This document shows positions 8,431 through 17,913 of a stretch of DNA of 24,993 bases, in pieces. The DNA lies in sequence record NZ_CP065281.1. One strand, given 5' to 3'. The notes under the pieces were generated by a model. It was not told where the DNA came from, did not search any database, and saw only the letters and a program-made list of their open reading frames with translations. A program made the position numbers and the translations under genes. The DNA is from a plasmid. Numbering within the stretch: position 1 is the first letter of the stretch; each line of letters begins with the position of its first letter.

Positions 8431-11400
8431 CTACCGCTGGGTGGTGGGTTGTTGTTTTCGGGAAGCTAGGTGGGGCCACCAGCTGGCTTCGCGCAGGAGT
8501 GTGGCGATGGCGGGCACGGTGAGGGTGCGCACGAGGAAGGTGTCGAGTAGCAGTCCGAAGCCGATGATGAGGCCGGCTTGGACCATGATCGCTACCGAGC
8601 CGACCATGAGTCCGAACATGCTGACGGCGAAGATGAGGCCAGCGGAGGTGATGACGGCGCCGGTGTTGGCCACGGTGCGTAGCACGCCGACGCGGATGTT
8701 GCTTCCCGATTCTTCGCGTAGCCGGGACACGAGCAGCATGTTGTAGTCGGCTCCGACGGCGACGAGGATGATGAAGGCCAATAGTGGTACAGGCCAGGCG
8801 ATTTCGTGTCCAAGAATCCATTGGAAGACCAGGACGCCGAATCCGATGGAGGCGAGGTAGTTGAGTAAGACGGTGCCCAGAAGGTAGATCGGTGCCAGTA
8901 CCGCGCGCAGCAGCAGGACCAAGATGATGCCGACGATGACGGTGGTGGCCAGGGCGAGTTGGGCGAAGTCTGCCCAGAGGAATCGTTGGATGTCGGAGTT
9001 GACGGCGGGGAAGCCGGCGACCGAGACGGTGGCCTGGGCCAGTGAGGTGTTGGGTCGTGCGTTCTCGGCGGTGGTGGTGATGCGGTGGGCGAGGTTCATG
9101 GCGTCGACGCTGTAGGGGTCGTAGCTGGTTTCGATCATGAATCGTGCGGTTTTGCCGTCTGGTGAGAGGAATTGTTTGGCGACGTCGGTGAATTGGCGGT
9201 TCTCGAAGGCGGTGGCGGGTAGGTAGAAACCGCTTGCTGAGTCGGAGTCTTGGGCGGCGCGTGCGGAGTTCTGGAGCTGGGTGGCGATCTGGTTCATTCC
9301 GGAGAGCATTTCGATGTTGCTGTCGGCCAGGGTGCGCACACCGGTGGCCAACGCTTGGGCGCCGGAGGCGAGTTGGCTGATTCCGTCTTGGAGGCGGCGC
9401 AGGTTGGCGGCCAGGTCCGCGGGGTTTCCAAGGGCACCGAAGGCGTCCTCCAGTGAGGTGACGGCGTTCTGCACGGTGGCAAGGGTGTCGGCGACGGTGG
9501 CGTTGCGGGCGGGGTTGTAGCGGTCGCCGAGGTCGGCGATCTGGGTGAAGAATCCGTTGTTGCGCAGGGTGGTCAGGATGTGTACCTGGTCGCGGATTTG
9601 GGCGCATTGGGGTGTGGTGGCACACCAGGGCGAGGTGTTGAGGGCGCCGACGAGTGGGTCGAGCATTGTGATCGCGTGGTCTGCTTGGTCGGCTAGGGGG
9701 CGGATGCCTGGCCCGGATTGGATGGCCTGATCGACGGCAGGGGCGGTCGCTGAGAGCTGTTGGAGCAGGGGCCGGAACTGGTTGACCTGAGTGCCGGCGG
9801 ATTGGGCTTGTGTGAGGATTCCCGCCAGGGGGGCCAGGGCGGTGCGCACGCTGGTGTCGAGTTGAGCGAGTCCGCCGGCGAGTTGATCGGCGCCGTCGGT
9901 GAGTTTGGTGAGGTCGTCGCGGCGGGCGTTGCCGTCGGCGACCGCGCCGGCCATCTTGTCTCCGATTTGGCCGTTTTGCCAGGCCAGTTGCGCTTGATCG
10001 AGGCGTTCCCCGGTGGGGCGGGTGACTCCGGAGACTGTGGTGACACCGGGAACCTGGGAGACGCGGGAGGCCATTTCGTCGAGGTCGGCCAGTCCCTTGC
10101 CGGTACGCATGTCGGTGGGGTTCTCCACGACCAGGAATTCGGTGATGACGGCGTCTTTGCGGAAGTGGCGGTCCAGCAGCTGGTAGCCCTGGTTGCTGGC
10201 GGTGGTGGCGGGTTGGCCTTTGCGGTCGTCGTAGCTGATCTTGATGGTCGCGGCCACCGCCGATAGGGCGAGCAGGATGACGAGGCTGACGATCAGCAGT
10301 GGCACCGGACGGCGCACCACCGCTACGGCGACACTGTTCCAGTACCGGCGGGTGCGATCGGATTTGGGTTCACCGATGCCGCGTTTAGCTGCCAGTGCCA
10401 GTACCGGCGGGAGCAGGGTGACGGTGGCCAGGAAGCCGACGAGAACCGCGATGGCGCATGCCGGGCCCAGGGCGGCGAATACGCTCAAGCGGGCGAACAC
10501 CATGGCCAGAAAGGCCAGTGCGACGGTGGCTGCGGAGGCCAGGATGACACGGCCGATGCTGGCGGTGGCGTGGATGATGGCCTGTTCGGCTGGTACCTGT
10601 GCGCGGCGCTGTTCGTGGTAGCGGCTGATGAGGAACACGGTGTAGTCGGTGCCGGCGCCGAGCAGGATCGCGGTCATGAACGCGACGGTGAATTGCGAGA
10701 CCGGCATGCCCATCTCGCCTAGCGCCGAGAGCACACCGCGCCCGACGGCCAGGCTCAGTCCGATGACCAGCAGCGGCAGCAGTGCGGTGAACACCGACCG
10801 GTACACGATCAGCAGGATCAGGGCGATCATCGCGGCGGTGGCGATCGAGATCAGCAGCAGATCATGCTCGGCGGCCGCGATCATGTCGCTGAACGTCGCC
10901 GGCGGCCCAGTCACCTGTGCGGTGGTCGACGAATCGGCGAACACTTCGGCGGTGAGGTCCCGCACCGATTCCACGGATTCGGCCGCGGCGGGGTCGCCGA
11001 GCGTGCCGGCCACGCCCACCGGTAGGTACCACGATCGGCCGTCGGCGCTGACGGCTTGGGTTTTGGTGACCGGGTCGGCCAGCAGGTCCTGTACCAGCAA
11101 GACGTGCTCGGTGTCGGCGCGCAGCTGTTGCACCAGGCGGTCGTAGCGCTGTCGGGCCGCCGGGGTGAGCCCGGCAGGGTCTTCCATAGCGACGAACAGC
11201 AGTGTTTTCGAGCCTTGCTCCCCGAACGCAGCGCTCATCCGCTCCACCGTTTGCAGCGACGGCGCATCGCGCGGAATCAAATCGACCGACTGCTGGCGCA
11301 CCACCGTCTCCAACTGGGGAAACAGCACCGCCAAGACGATCGCGGCGCCGAGCCAGGTGCCTATCGTCAATGCTTTGTGCCGCACTGTGAATCGGCCCAA

Positions 11401-11517
11401 CGCGGCCAGCCGGGCGCTGTACTCGCGGCTGTGTGCGAGATCGACGGAAGAGCTCTCACGCCGCGCAGTGGGGGTGGCAGGTGCTCGCGTCGAGGAGCCT
11501 GTCGTGCGGTCGGTCAC
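8431..11517 (-). CDS. mmpL: MmpL-family RND membrane transporter
   Basis: Protein of about 1028 aa with 12-TM RND topology and two large periplasmic loops, typical of MmpL (LGRFTVRHKALTIGTWL...). Proposed GTG start at 11517 lies after GGGGAGG; the track ORF is extended to 11601. Confidence 0.85.
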   Translation of the reverse strand: MTDRTTGSSTRAPATPTARRESSSVDLAHSREYSARLAALGRFTVRHKALTIGTWLGAAIVLAVLFPQLETVVRQQSVDLIPRDAPSLQTVERMSAAFGEQGSKTLLFVAMEDPAGLTPAARQRYDRLVQQLRADTEHVLLVQDLLADPVTKTQAVSADGRSWYLPVGVAGTLGDPAAAESVESVRDLTAEVFADSSTTAQVTGPPATFSDMIAAAEHDLLLISIATAAMIALILLIVYRSVFTALLPLLVIGLSLAVGRGVLSALGEMGMPVSQFTVAFMTAILLGAGTDYTVFLISRYHEQRRAQVPAEQAIIHATASIGRVILASAATVALAFLAMVFARLSVFAALGPACAIAVLVGFLATVTLLPPVLALAAKRGIGEPKSDRTRRYWNSVAVAVVRRPVPLLIVSLVILLALSAVAATIKISYDDRKGQPATTASNQGYQLLDRHFRKDAVITEFLVVENPTDMRTGKGLADLDEMASRVSQVPGVTTVSGVTRPTGERLDQAQLAWQNGQIGDKMAGAVADGNARRDDLTKLTDGADQLAGGLAQLDTSVRTALAPLAGILTQAQSAGTQVNQFRPLLQQLSATAPAVDQAIQSGPGIRPLADQADHAITMLDPLVGALNTSPWCATTPQCAQIRDQVHILTTLRNNGFFTQIADLGDRYNPARNATVADTLATVQNAVTSLEDAFGALGNPADLAANLRRLQDGISQLASGAQALATGVRTLADSNIEMLSGMNQIATQLQNSARAAQDSDSASGFYLPATAFENRQFTDVAKQFLSPDGKTARFMIETSYDPYSVDAMNLAHRITTTAENARPNTSLAQATVSVAGFPAVNSDIQRFLWADFAQLALATTVIVGIILVLLLRAVLAPIYLLGTVLLNYLASIGFGVLVFQWILGHEIAWPVPLLAFIILVAVGADYNMLLVSRLREESGSNIRVGVLRTVANTGAVITSAGLIFAVSMFGLMVGSVAIMVQAGLIIGFGLLLDTFLVRTLTVPAIATLLREASWWPHLASRKQQPTTQR

Positions 11518-11535
11518 CGAACCTCCCCAGTCGAC

Positions 11536-11577
11536 GATACTATCGGTATCGCTACGCTTTACGCTACAGCATGTAGC
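11536..11577. promoter_or_regulatory. palindromic operator-like elements upstream of mmpL
   Basis: GATAC-TATCG-GTATC (11536-11550), direct CGCTAC repeats, and GCTACA-GCA-TGTAGC (11563-11577), in a locally AT-richer stretch between the 142-aa gene and mmpL. Confidence 0.3.
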
Positions 11578-11619
11578 ACAAGGGCTGGCGGGGTGGATCA
11601 ATCCGGCTGGAGCGGGCCT

Positions 11620-12048
11620 CTAGCGCCGGTTCACGATGTTGGTGTCATCGCCCTCGGGGATGTCGTGCCGCACCACGCGGACTCGCCCCTGGGGTAGGCA
11701 GGCCATGTAGCCGTGTCGTTTCCCGTACAGCTCCCATGCGGTGACCTGCTGGTCGGGGTCAACGTCGATGCGATGCCCGCGAGAGAAGCTCAAATGCAGA
11801 CCCCCCTCGTCATCGGACCAGGCCTGGGTGCACACAGCGCCGGCCAGATTCAGCAGCGGGCGCTCCTGCATCGAGATCTGCAGCGGGTCGATGACAACCG
11901 TCTCGGCGGGAAAACGCTCGATCGCGGGCAGGGTGAGCGTCAGGGGGCGCGAGATGACGACCTCGTTGTAGTCGTCAAGGTCGAGCACAAGGCCGTCACG
12001 CACAGAGACACGTTGCACGACACAGTCTTTGATCCATTGGGTGTACAT
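11620..12048 (-). CDS. hypothetical soluble protein (not MmpS-like; no TM helix) upstream of mmpL
   Basis: Strong SD (AAGGAGAAAGTC-ATG). 142-aa ORF with high GC3 and no hydrophobic segment. Confidence 0.6.
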   Translation of the reverse strand: MYTQWIKDCVVQRVSVRDGLVLDLDDYNEVVISRPLTLTLPAIERFPAETVVIDPLQISMQERPLLNLAGAVCTQAWSDDEGGLHLSFSRGHRIDVDPDQQVTAWELYGKRHGYMACLPQGRVRVVRHDIPEGDDTNIVNRR

Positions 12049-12123
12049 GACTTTCTCCTTCGACGCAGCGGCGAGTCGTCACATAAGAGTACGACAAGTA
12101 GCGCTGCGCTACTGGCAGTATCG

Positions 12124-12792
12124 TTACGGTGTCTGGGGGTGCCGGGTGGCGCGGTCGACGACTCGTCGGGTGGCCCGGTCGATGCGATCGCGGGCATCGG
12201 CTGCTGACAGGCGCCCGCTGACGACGGCGAGGAGGTTGGCCAGCCAGATGTCGGAGATGATGCTGGCGACATGCAGGTGTGCCGGTGTGGGTTCACCGGC
12301 ACTGAGGGTGCGGGCCAGCAGGGTGGTGATCGTAGCGGCGGCGAGGTCGAGCTCGGTGGCGGCGCGGGTGTCGGCCACGGCGAAGGCGCGGGTCATGGCA
12401 TCGGTCAGCAGCGGGTCGCGCTGCCACCGCTCGTGCAAATGGGTGGTGAGTCGGTCCAGTCGTTGCGTCGGTGTGCCCGGACCGCCTGTCCAGTCACCCG
12501 CGACGTCGAGGCGCTGAAACTCCCGAGTCAGCGCCGCCACCAACAGATGAGTCTTAGCCGGATAGTAGCGGTACAGCGTGCCCACAGCGATGCCCACGCG
12601 TTCGGCGACCGTTCGCATGCGGACAGCGTCATAACCGCCGGTTCGAGCAATAGCCAACGCGGCGTCCAGGATTGCGTCGCGGCGACCGGCCGACGCGCGC
12701 GAACGCGACCCGGCGGGGTCGGGGTCGGGGGCAACAGAGCTCTCCCGATAGCGCAGGGGTTTGCTGCTCAGCGAGGTGCTGGCGGCGGTCAT
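12124..12792 (-). CDS. TetR/AcrR-family transcriptional regulator
   Basis: N-terminal HTH RRDAILDAALAIARTGGYDAVRMRTVAERVGIAVGTLYRYYPAKTHLL. ATGA overlap with the upstream thioesterase gene. Confidence 0.85.
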   Translation of the reverse strand: MTAASTSLSSKPLRYRESSVAPDPDPAGSRSRASAGRRDAILDAALAIARTGGYDAVRMRTVAERVGIAVGTLYRYYPAKTHLLVAALTREFQRLDVAGDWTGGPGTPTQRLDRLTTHLHERWQRDPLLTDAMTRAFAVADTRAATELDLAAATITTLLARTLSAGEPTPAHLHVASIISDIWLANLLAVVSGRLSAADARDRIDRATRRVVDRATRHPQTP

Positions 12793-13304
12793 GGCGTGTG
12801 ACCGGCATCGCCGCCGTGGCGCGAGAGCTGCTCGAAGATCCCGCCGAAACCGCTGATGTCACCATGAGCGGCGAAATGCGCGGTGTCGACCGCGATGAAC
12901 ACTGCGCTCGCGGTGAACCGGGTCACCCCCGTGCAGGTCCCCGTCGCCGCGACATGCAGCGCCCGCCCCTTGCGGGCGCTGATGTGCGCGGTGATCCGGT
13001 GGGGCTGGTGTAAGGGCACTGGCTGCAAATACTCCACGGTCAACGTGCGAGTCACCGCAGGCGTGCCGGCGATCCACAGCGTGAAGCCCAGCACGTCATC
13101 ACAGGCGGCCGCGACCGCCCCGCCATGCGCCAAGCCCGGCGCTCCGATGTGACGCTCATCGAAGGTCACATCGGCATACACCGAATCGGCTCGCCGGTAG
13201 ACCTCCAGGCGCAGGCCGTGTGGGTTGGCCGGGCCGCACCCCATGCACGTCGGGGTGTGAGAAGGAAGCCGTTCCGGCGATACTGCACTGTCTGGCACAA
13301 GCAC
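12789..13304 (-). CDS. PaaI/hotdog-fold thioesterase
   Basis: APGLAHGGAVAAACDDVLG core of the PaaI/4HBT family, plus an N-terminal CMGCGPANPHGL motif. Paralog of the 14946-15479 gene. Confidence 0.8.
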   Translation of the reverse strand: MLVPDSAVSPERLPSHTPTCMGCGPANPHGLRLEVYRRADSVYADVTFDERHIGAPGLAHGGAVAAACDDVLGFTLWIAGTPAVTRTLTVEYLQPVPLHQPHRITAHISARKGRALHVAATGTCTGVTRFTASAVFIAVDTAHFAAHGDISGFGGIFEQLSRHGGDAGHTP

Positions 13305-13357
13305 GCTCCCGCTACATCTAGTTTCGCTGCGATACTCTTAGTACCACAGCTGGTAGA

Positions 13358-13373
13358 ATGTCGTGCGCGACAT
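13358..13373. promoter_or_regulatory. 16-bp perfect palindrome, candidate TetR operator in divergent intergenic region
   Basis: ATGTCGTGCGCGACAT (13358-13373); an adjacent TACCA-CAGC-TGGTA (13342-13355) lies between the divergent thioesterase/TetR operon and the second TetR gene. Confidence 0.4.
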
Positions 13374-13394
13374 CGCCTGAAACCGACCGCCGAG

Positions 13395-14063
13395 GTGACC
13401 CCGTTGAGCGACAGCCGTCAGCCATACCTACCCGACGATGACGACATCGACCCGCGGCGGATACGGTCACGCAACCGGTTACTGGATGCTGCGGCGACAC
13501 TTCTGAGCACAGGAGGAGTCGAAGCCGTCACCGTCGATGCTGTCACCAAAGCATCCAAGGTTGCCCGCACCACCCTCTATCGGCACTTTCAGAGTTCGTC
13601 GCATCTGCTGGCCGCCACGTTCGAGCGGCTCCTGCCGCAGGTAATCACACCAGCGCCCACCAGTGGTTGCCTGCGCGATCAGCTGATCGAGCTGCTCAGC
13701 CGCCAGGCCGCCCTGCTCAACGACGCCCCGCTGCACATCACCACCCTGGCATGGCTCTCACTCGGGCCGACCGGCACCAAAGACGACACTGACGATCCCC
13801 ACACATCCGGGGCTCTGCGGGCCCGAGTTGTCGACCAGTACCGACAACCCTTCGACGCCATCCTCACCAACGCGAAAGCTCGCGCCGAACTCGGCAGCAT
13901 CGACTGCGAACTCGCGATCTGCCAACTCGTCGGACCTCTCGTGTTCGCACGAATGACCGGACTCCGCACGATTACTCGCGACGACTGCACAACCCTCGTC
14001 GACGACTTCCTCGCCGTGCACCGCCAACCCGCTGTCCCGTCAGACGTGGTGGGCGCTGTCTGA
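13395..14063 (+). CDS. TetR-family transcriptional regulator
   Basis: HTH RNRLLDAAATLLSTGGVEAVTVDAVTKASKVARTTLYRHFQSS. Proposed GTG start at 13395; the track ORF from 13125 overlaps the opposite-strand gene. Confidence 0.8.
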   Translation: MTPLSDSRQPYLPDDDDIDPRRIRSRNRLLDAAATLLSTGGVEAVTVDAVTKASKVARTTLYRHFQSSSHLLAATFERLLPQVITPAPTSGCLRDQLIELLSRQAALLNDAPLHITTLAWLSLGPTGTKDDTDDPHTSGALRARVVDQYRQPFDAILTNAKARAELGSIDCELAICQLVGPLVFARMTGLRTITRDDCTTLVDDFLAVHRQPAVPSDVVGAV

Positions 14064-14332
14064 GGGGACGGAAAAGCCAACCCGGCGAATAAGGGGTCGA
14101 GTTGGCCGCGAGACTCGAAGGTGACCGTCGAGCACGGCATCAGCGCCAGTGCGGCAGACGAAACTGCATGCACTTGCGAACCCCGTGACCGGAAGGCTGG
14201 CCACGGTCTCGATGAGTTCGGTACGGCGCTCGGCGCTGCTGCCGTGCCAGTGCAGCTTCGCTTCCCCGATCCGCAGACCGTGGAGTGTCTTGACGCGCGG
14301 TCGTGCTTCACGTGTGCCGGTTCTGACCGCTA

Positions 14333-14440
14333 GTCGTGCGCGAGCAGCACTACAGGACGGCGGTCGTCGCGGTCGTAGATGTCGGCGGCCAGGGTGATGC
14401 CATCTGTGGTTCGAAACCGCTGCAGCGCAACGGATGTCAT
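14333..14440 (-). pseudogene. N-terminal remnant of an alpha/beta-hydrolase-like gene
   Basis: Short ORF MTSVALQRFRTTDGITLAADIYDRDDRRPVVLLAHD-stop resembles a hydrolase N-terminus up to the HG-box position and is then interrupted. The downstream frame is not coherent. Confidence 0.3.
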
Positions 14441-14489
14441 GGAGCGGGCGTGGGACTGTCGGGCCGCGCAGGACAGGTGCTACGGGTGC

Positions 14490-14939
14490 TCACCGTCCGT
14501 CGCCCGCAGGGCTCACGATGGTGACTGTGCCCTGCGCCGCGCAGACGGCCTTGCCGCCGTTGGTGATGTCGATGCGCGCCACCCCGCTGCGCTTTCCGAG
14601 CGACACGATGTCGGCCACGGCGATGCAGACGCCGTTCGATACGGGTCGCAGCAGGTTCAGCTTGAATTCGGTGGTGGCGACCCACGATCGCGCCGGGATG
14701 ACGGGGTAGAAGACGACGCCGAGGCAGTGGTCGACCATCGCGGACAGACATCCGCCGTGCAGGTTGCCGAACGGTGTCAGCAGGTCCTCGCGGGTCGCCA
14801 TCTCGGCTACCAGACGGCCGGCGGTGAGTTCGACGTGTCGGAAATCCAGGAAGGTCGACAGCCCGCCTGCCGTGTTGGCCGATTGGCGTAGCTGGTCGGC
14901 GATCTCGGCGTCGAAGTGCGTGAATGTCACGGTTGGCAT
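14490..14939 (-). CDS. hotdog-fold (PaaI-like) thioesterase
   Basis: NLHGGCLSAMVDHCLG motif in a 149-aa protein. Confidence 0.75.
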   Translation of the reverse strand: MPTVTFTHFDAEIADQLRQSANTAGGLSTFLDFRHVELTAGRLVAEMATREDLLTPFGNLHGGCLSAMVDHCLGVVFYPVIPARSWVATTEFKLNLLRPVSNGVCIAVADIVSLGKRSGVARIDITNGGKAVCAAQGTVTIVSPAGDGR

Positions 14940-14945
14940 GGCCTG

Positions 14946-15479
14946 TCAGTCCTCACGGTCGTTGTGATCGTTGCGCTCGGTCGACGCTCCTTGTCGAGCG
15001 AATCGCGCGAGCATCTCGCCGAATGCCCCGAGGTCGCCGTGCGCGGCGAAGTGCTCGGCATCGACCGCGATGAACGTCGCCGTAGCGGTGAAGCGGACGA
15101 CGCCGTCGTGTCCGGTCCCGGTGGCGCTGACGTGCAGTGTCCGTCCCTCGTGGTCGTCGACGCGCGCGACGATGCGGTGGGATTGATACAGCGGCACCGG
15201 TCGCAGGTAGCCGACGGCCAGATCGCGGGTGACGGCCGGGGTGCCGGCGATCCACAGGGTGAAGCCGAACAGGTCATCACACGCTGCGGCGATCGCGCCG
15301 CCGTGCGCGAGCCCCGGTGCTCCTGCGTGCTTGTCATCGAACACCAGATCGGTGTAGACCTCGTGCCCGGACCGGAACACCGTCATCTGCAGGCCGTGGG
15401 GGTTCTCGGGGCCGCACCCCATGCACGTCGGGGTGTGCGGCGGCAACTGCTCCGGTTCAAGGCTCACCGCCCCGCTCAT
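14946..15479 (-). CDS. PaaI/hotdog-fold thioesterase (paralog of 12789-13304)
   Basis: APGLAHGGAIAAACDDLFG and CMGCGPENPHGL motifs; about 65% identical by eye to the other copy. ATGA overlap with the MFS remnant. Confidence 0.8.
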   Translation of the reverse strand: MSGAVSLEPEQLPPHTPTCMGCGPENPHGLQMTVFRSGHEVYTDLVFDDKHAGAPGLAHGGAIAAACDDLFGFTLWIAGTPAVTRDLAVGYLRPVPLYQSHRIVARVDDHEGRTLHVSATGTGHDGVVRFTATATFIAVDAEHFAAHGDLGAFGEMLARFARQGASTERNDHNDRED

Positions 15480-16180
15480 CGGGTGCTCTGTTCCGTCGAG
15501 GAGTCACACTGCGTAACGTCGTCAGCTGTGTTCGGGCGGCGCCGTGTGGTCGCGGGCGGCCGGCCGGGTGCCCAGATTCCGAGGATGAGTGCGCTGACGG
15601 CTGTGATCGCCGAAAGCGCCAGGGCGGCGTGACTGTTGCCGTGCACGAAAGCCGCTCGGGCGATGTCGGCGACGTGCTCAGCGGAGGGACCGGCGTGCTG
15701 GGCGACCTGAAGTGCTGCGGCCAGCGAATCCGAGATCGGCTCGCGCGCCGGGGGCGCAACCGTGGCCAGGGCGGGTTCAATGCGATCGGCGTATCCGGCG
15801 GCCAGAACGCTGCCGGCGATGGCTACGCCGACGGCGGCGCCGATCTCGCGGCTGGCGTCGTTGACCGCGGCGGCCACGCCGTGTTTCTCCACCGGTGTTG
15901 CCGCGACGATGGCGGTGGTCGCGGGTGCGGTTGATCAGCCCCAGCCCGGCACCCATGGCCAGTAGGGGCCCGAGGAAGTCGGGGTAGGTGGCCTCGACGC
16001 CGAGACGGCTGACCAGGTAGAGGCCGACGGCGATGAGCAGCATGCCGGGGGCGGTCACGACGCGCAGGCCGTACCGCTCGGCGAGCCTGGGCGCGATCAG
16101 AGAGATGACGACGATGGGGACGATGAGCGGGGTGAGCGCCACAGCCGATTGAAACGGCGCGTAGCCGACGACGAGCTGAA
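15476..16180 (-). pseudogene. DHA2-family MFS efflux transporter remnant (5'-truncated, frameshifted)
   Basis: The C-terminal half of a DHA2 MFS (FFLLVQYLQLVVGYAPFQSA ... STAPATTAIVAATPVEKHGVAAAVNDASREIGAAVGVAIAGSV) is split across two frames with a shift near 15930-15937. The N-terminal roughly 250 aa are absent. Confidence 0.7.
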
Positions 16181-16270
16181 GGTACTGCACCAGAAGGAAG
16201 AACTGCCGATGCGGCTGGGTTCGACGCGGCGTGGGCTTCGGAGTTCTATCACCGCTCCGGATCGATCTCC

Positions 16271-17161
16271 ATGGCCGCGCTGGCGAACCGTACGCAGAAC
16301 TGTCGGATTGGGTCCTCCATTCTGTACGGCGTCGGACGAAGCCCCCTGGTTCTAGCCACCGAGGCTCGCGATCTCGACGAGCTCTCCAACGGTCGGCTGG
16401 TACTCGGCATCGGTAACGGAACCCAACGCATGATGAGCGACTGGCATGGCGTGTCCGACACCTCTGCGCCCGCGCTGCGGATGGAGGAACTCGTCGCGCT
16501 ACTGCGCCGCATCTGGAACCTCCACGAAGGTCCAGTGCGCCACCACGGCCGCTTCTACACGATGGACCTCGTTCCGACCGGCGACGTGCCACCCCTGCCC
16601 CGGCCGATCCCGATCGTCACCGCCGGCGTGCGTCCCCGTATGTGCGAAGCAGCCGGCAGAGTGGCCGACGGCCTTGCCGGACATCCGCTGTTCACGACCA
16701 CCTACGTCCAGGAAGTCGTCCGACCGGCCATCGCCAAGGGCGCCGCACACGCCGACCGCGACCCCGGCGACGTCGAAGTCATCTCCATGGTCATGTGCTC
16801 AATCCACGACGACCCCGAAATCGCCAGACGCGAACTGGCACAACAGATCGCGTTCTACTCATCAGTCAAGTCCTACGGGTCCATGCTCGACGTGAATGGC
16901 TTCTCCGCTGAGGGCCGAGCCATCCGGGACGCATTCGCCCGACGCGATTTTCCGGAGATGTTCGCCGCGGTGTCCGACAAGATGATCGACGCCATGGGCG
17001 TGGCCGGAACGGCAGACCACGTGCGCGACGGGCTCAAGCGCTACGAAGGCGTGCTCGACCACATCATGCTCTACTCGCCATCAGTCGGCCTCACCCCGGA
17101 GCGCGTACAAGAGAACCTCAACAGCCTCATCCAAGAATGCTCGCCACGCGGAACTTCTTAG
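16271..17161 (+). CDS. LLM-class (luciferase-like) F420-dependent oxidoreductase, apparently 5'-truncated
   Basis: LDELSNGRLVLGIGNG and the downstream LLM pattern are present, but the family N-terminus (about 50-60 aa) is missing. A short out-of-frame ORF MGFGVLSP at 16231 may be its displaced N-terminus. Confidence 0.6.
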   Translation: MAALANRTQNCRIGSSILYGVGRSPLVLATEARDLDELSNGRLVLGIGNGTQRMMSDWHGVSDTSAPALRMEELVALLRRIWNLHEGPVRHHGRFYTMDLVPTGDVPPLPRPIPIVTAGVRPRMCEAAGRVADGLAGHPLFTTTYVQEVVRPAIAKGAAHADRDPGDVEVISMVMCSIHDDPEIARRELAQQIAFYSSVKSYGSMLDVNGFSAEGRAIRDAFARRDFPEMFAAVSDKMIDAMGVAGTADHVRDGLKRYEGVLDHIMLYSPSVGLTPERVQENLNSLIQECSPRGTS

Positions 17162-17616
17162 GCCACACGGTAACTTTCGACGTCCCCCGTTCGGACAACC
17201 GCCCAGCCCACCAGACCGCCGACCACGAAAAACCCACCGGCCCCAGGACAGCCCGCCCAGCCCGGCGGCGCGGGACATGTCAACCACACCAACTCAACAT
17301 CAAAACCCGCTCCCGCGATCTAGCGCTCAAAACCCGAGCTAGAGAACCCGCGCAAGTGGGCTCCAGGACCGCGGCATCGAACTGCGCTCCCTCACGAAGC
17401 CATCGATACCAGCACTACCGGCGGCGTTCCCCGAAAATGAGGTCGAAGTGATTCACGTGGAAGCCGAGCCCGACCCGGATGACCTCGATGTCGGCTACGC
17501 CCAGCTGGCGTCGGAGTTCAACAGCGAGACCGCCGATGGTGAACGTCAGGCTGCGCGGGACCGCTATGCGGGTCGGACTGGAGAGGCGGCGTAGAGAAAA
17601 CTCGCCGGCCGCGTGT

Positions 17617-17913
17617 TCAGATCAGCCGGGGATCGCCGTCTTCGTCGAGGATGATGTGCCGTTCGGCGCGCTGGAGTGCGTCGAGGGCGAGGTCTATCTC
17701 GTGGACGGCGAGATCGGTGATCCGGCTGGGGCCGAGGACGATGATCTGATCAGCGTGATCAGCGCCGCCGTCGGCCGCCAGACCGACGTACTCCGCGTTG
17801 GGGGCGACGACGAACTGCAGATCCCAGCCGATGACGCCTCCCACCTCGCGCGCGCGTCGGTCGAGAGCTTGCACGTCGTCGTCGGTCAGCACGTGATGCC
17901 CCTCCCCCACCAT
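17617..17913 (-). CDS. putative toxin partner of Phd/YefM antitoxin (family unassigned, acidic)
   Basis: Start overlaps the antitoxin stop by 1 nt (TGATG). No similarity to RelE/YoeB/ParE/Doc/PIN recognised. A plus-strand antisense ORF with equally high GC3 overlaps it, so coding strand is uncertain. Confidence 0.35.
   Translation of the reverse strand: MVGEGHHVLTDDDVQALDRRAREVGGVIGWDLQFVVAPNAEYVGLAADGGADHADQIIVLGPSRITDLAVHEIDLALDALQRAERHIILDEDGDPRLI

Noticed and set aside
8378-9625. 415-aa alternative-frame ORF overlapping the mmpL 3' region, and the small plus-strand ORFs 8441-11697
   Set aside because: Same-strand or opposite-strand shadow frames of the MmpL gene. Products are Arg/His/Pro-rich junk, while the MmpL frame has a coherent TM and loop architecture.
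13679-14311. 210-aa minus ORF
   Set aside because: Antisense shadow of the TetR gene 13395-14063, with no motifs.
14379-15632. Plus-strand ORFs 14379-14891 and 14916-15632
   Set aside because: Antisense to the two thioesterase genes, which have clear HGG hotdog motifs.
15777-16592. 271-aa minus ORF read as one gene
   Set aside because: It is a chimera. The upstream half is antisense junk over the LLM gene; only the downstream part encodes MFS sequence, and it continues in another frame. Re-interpreted as the pseudogene 15476-16180.
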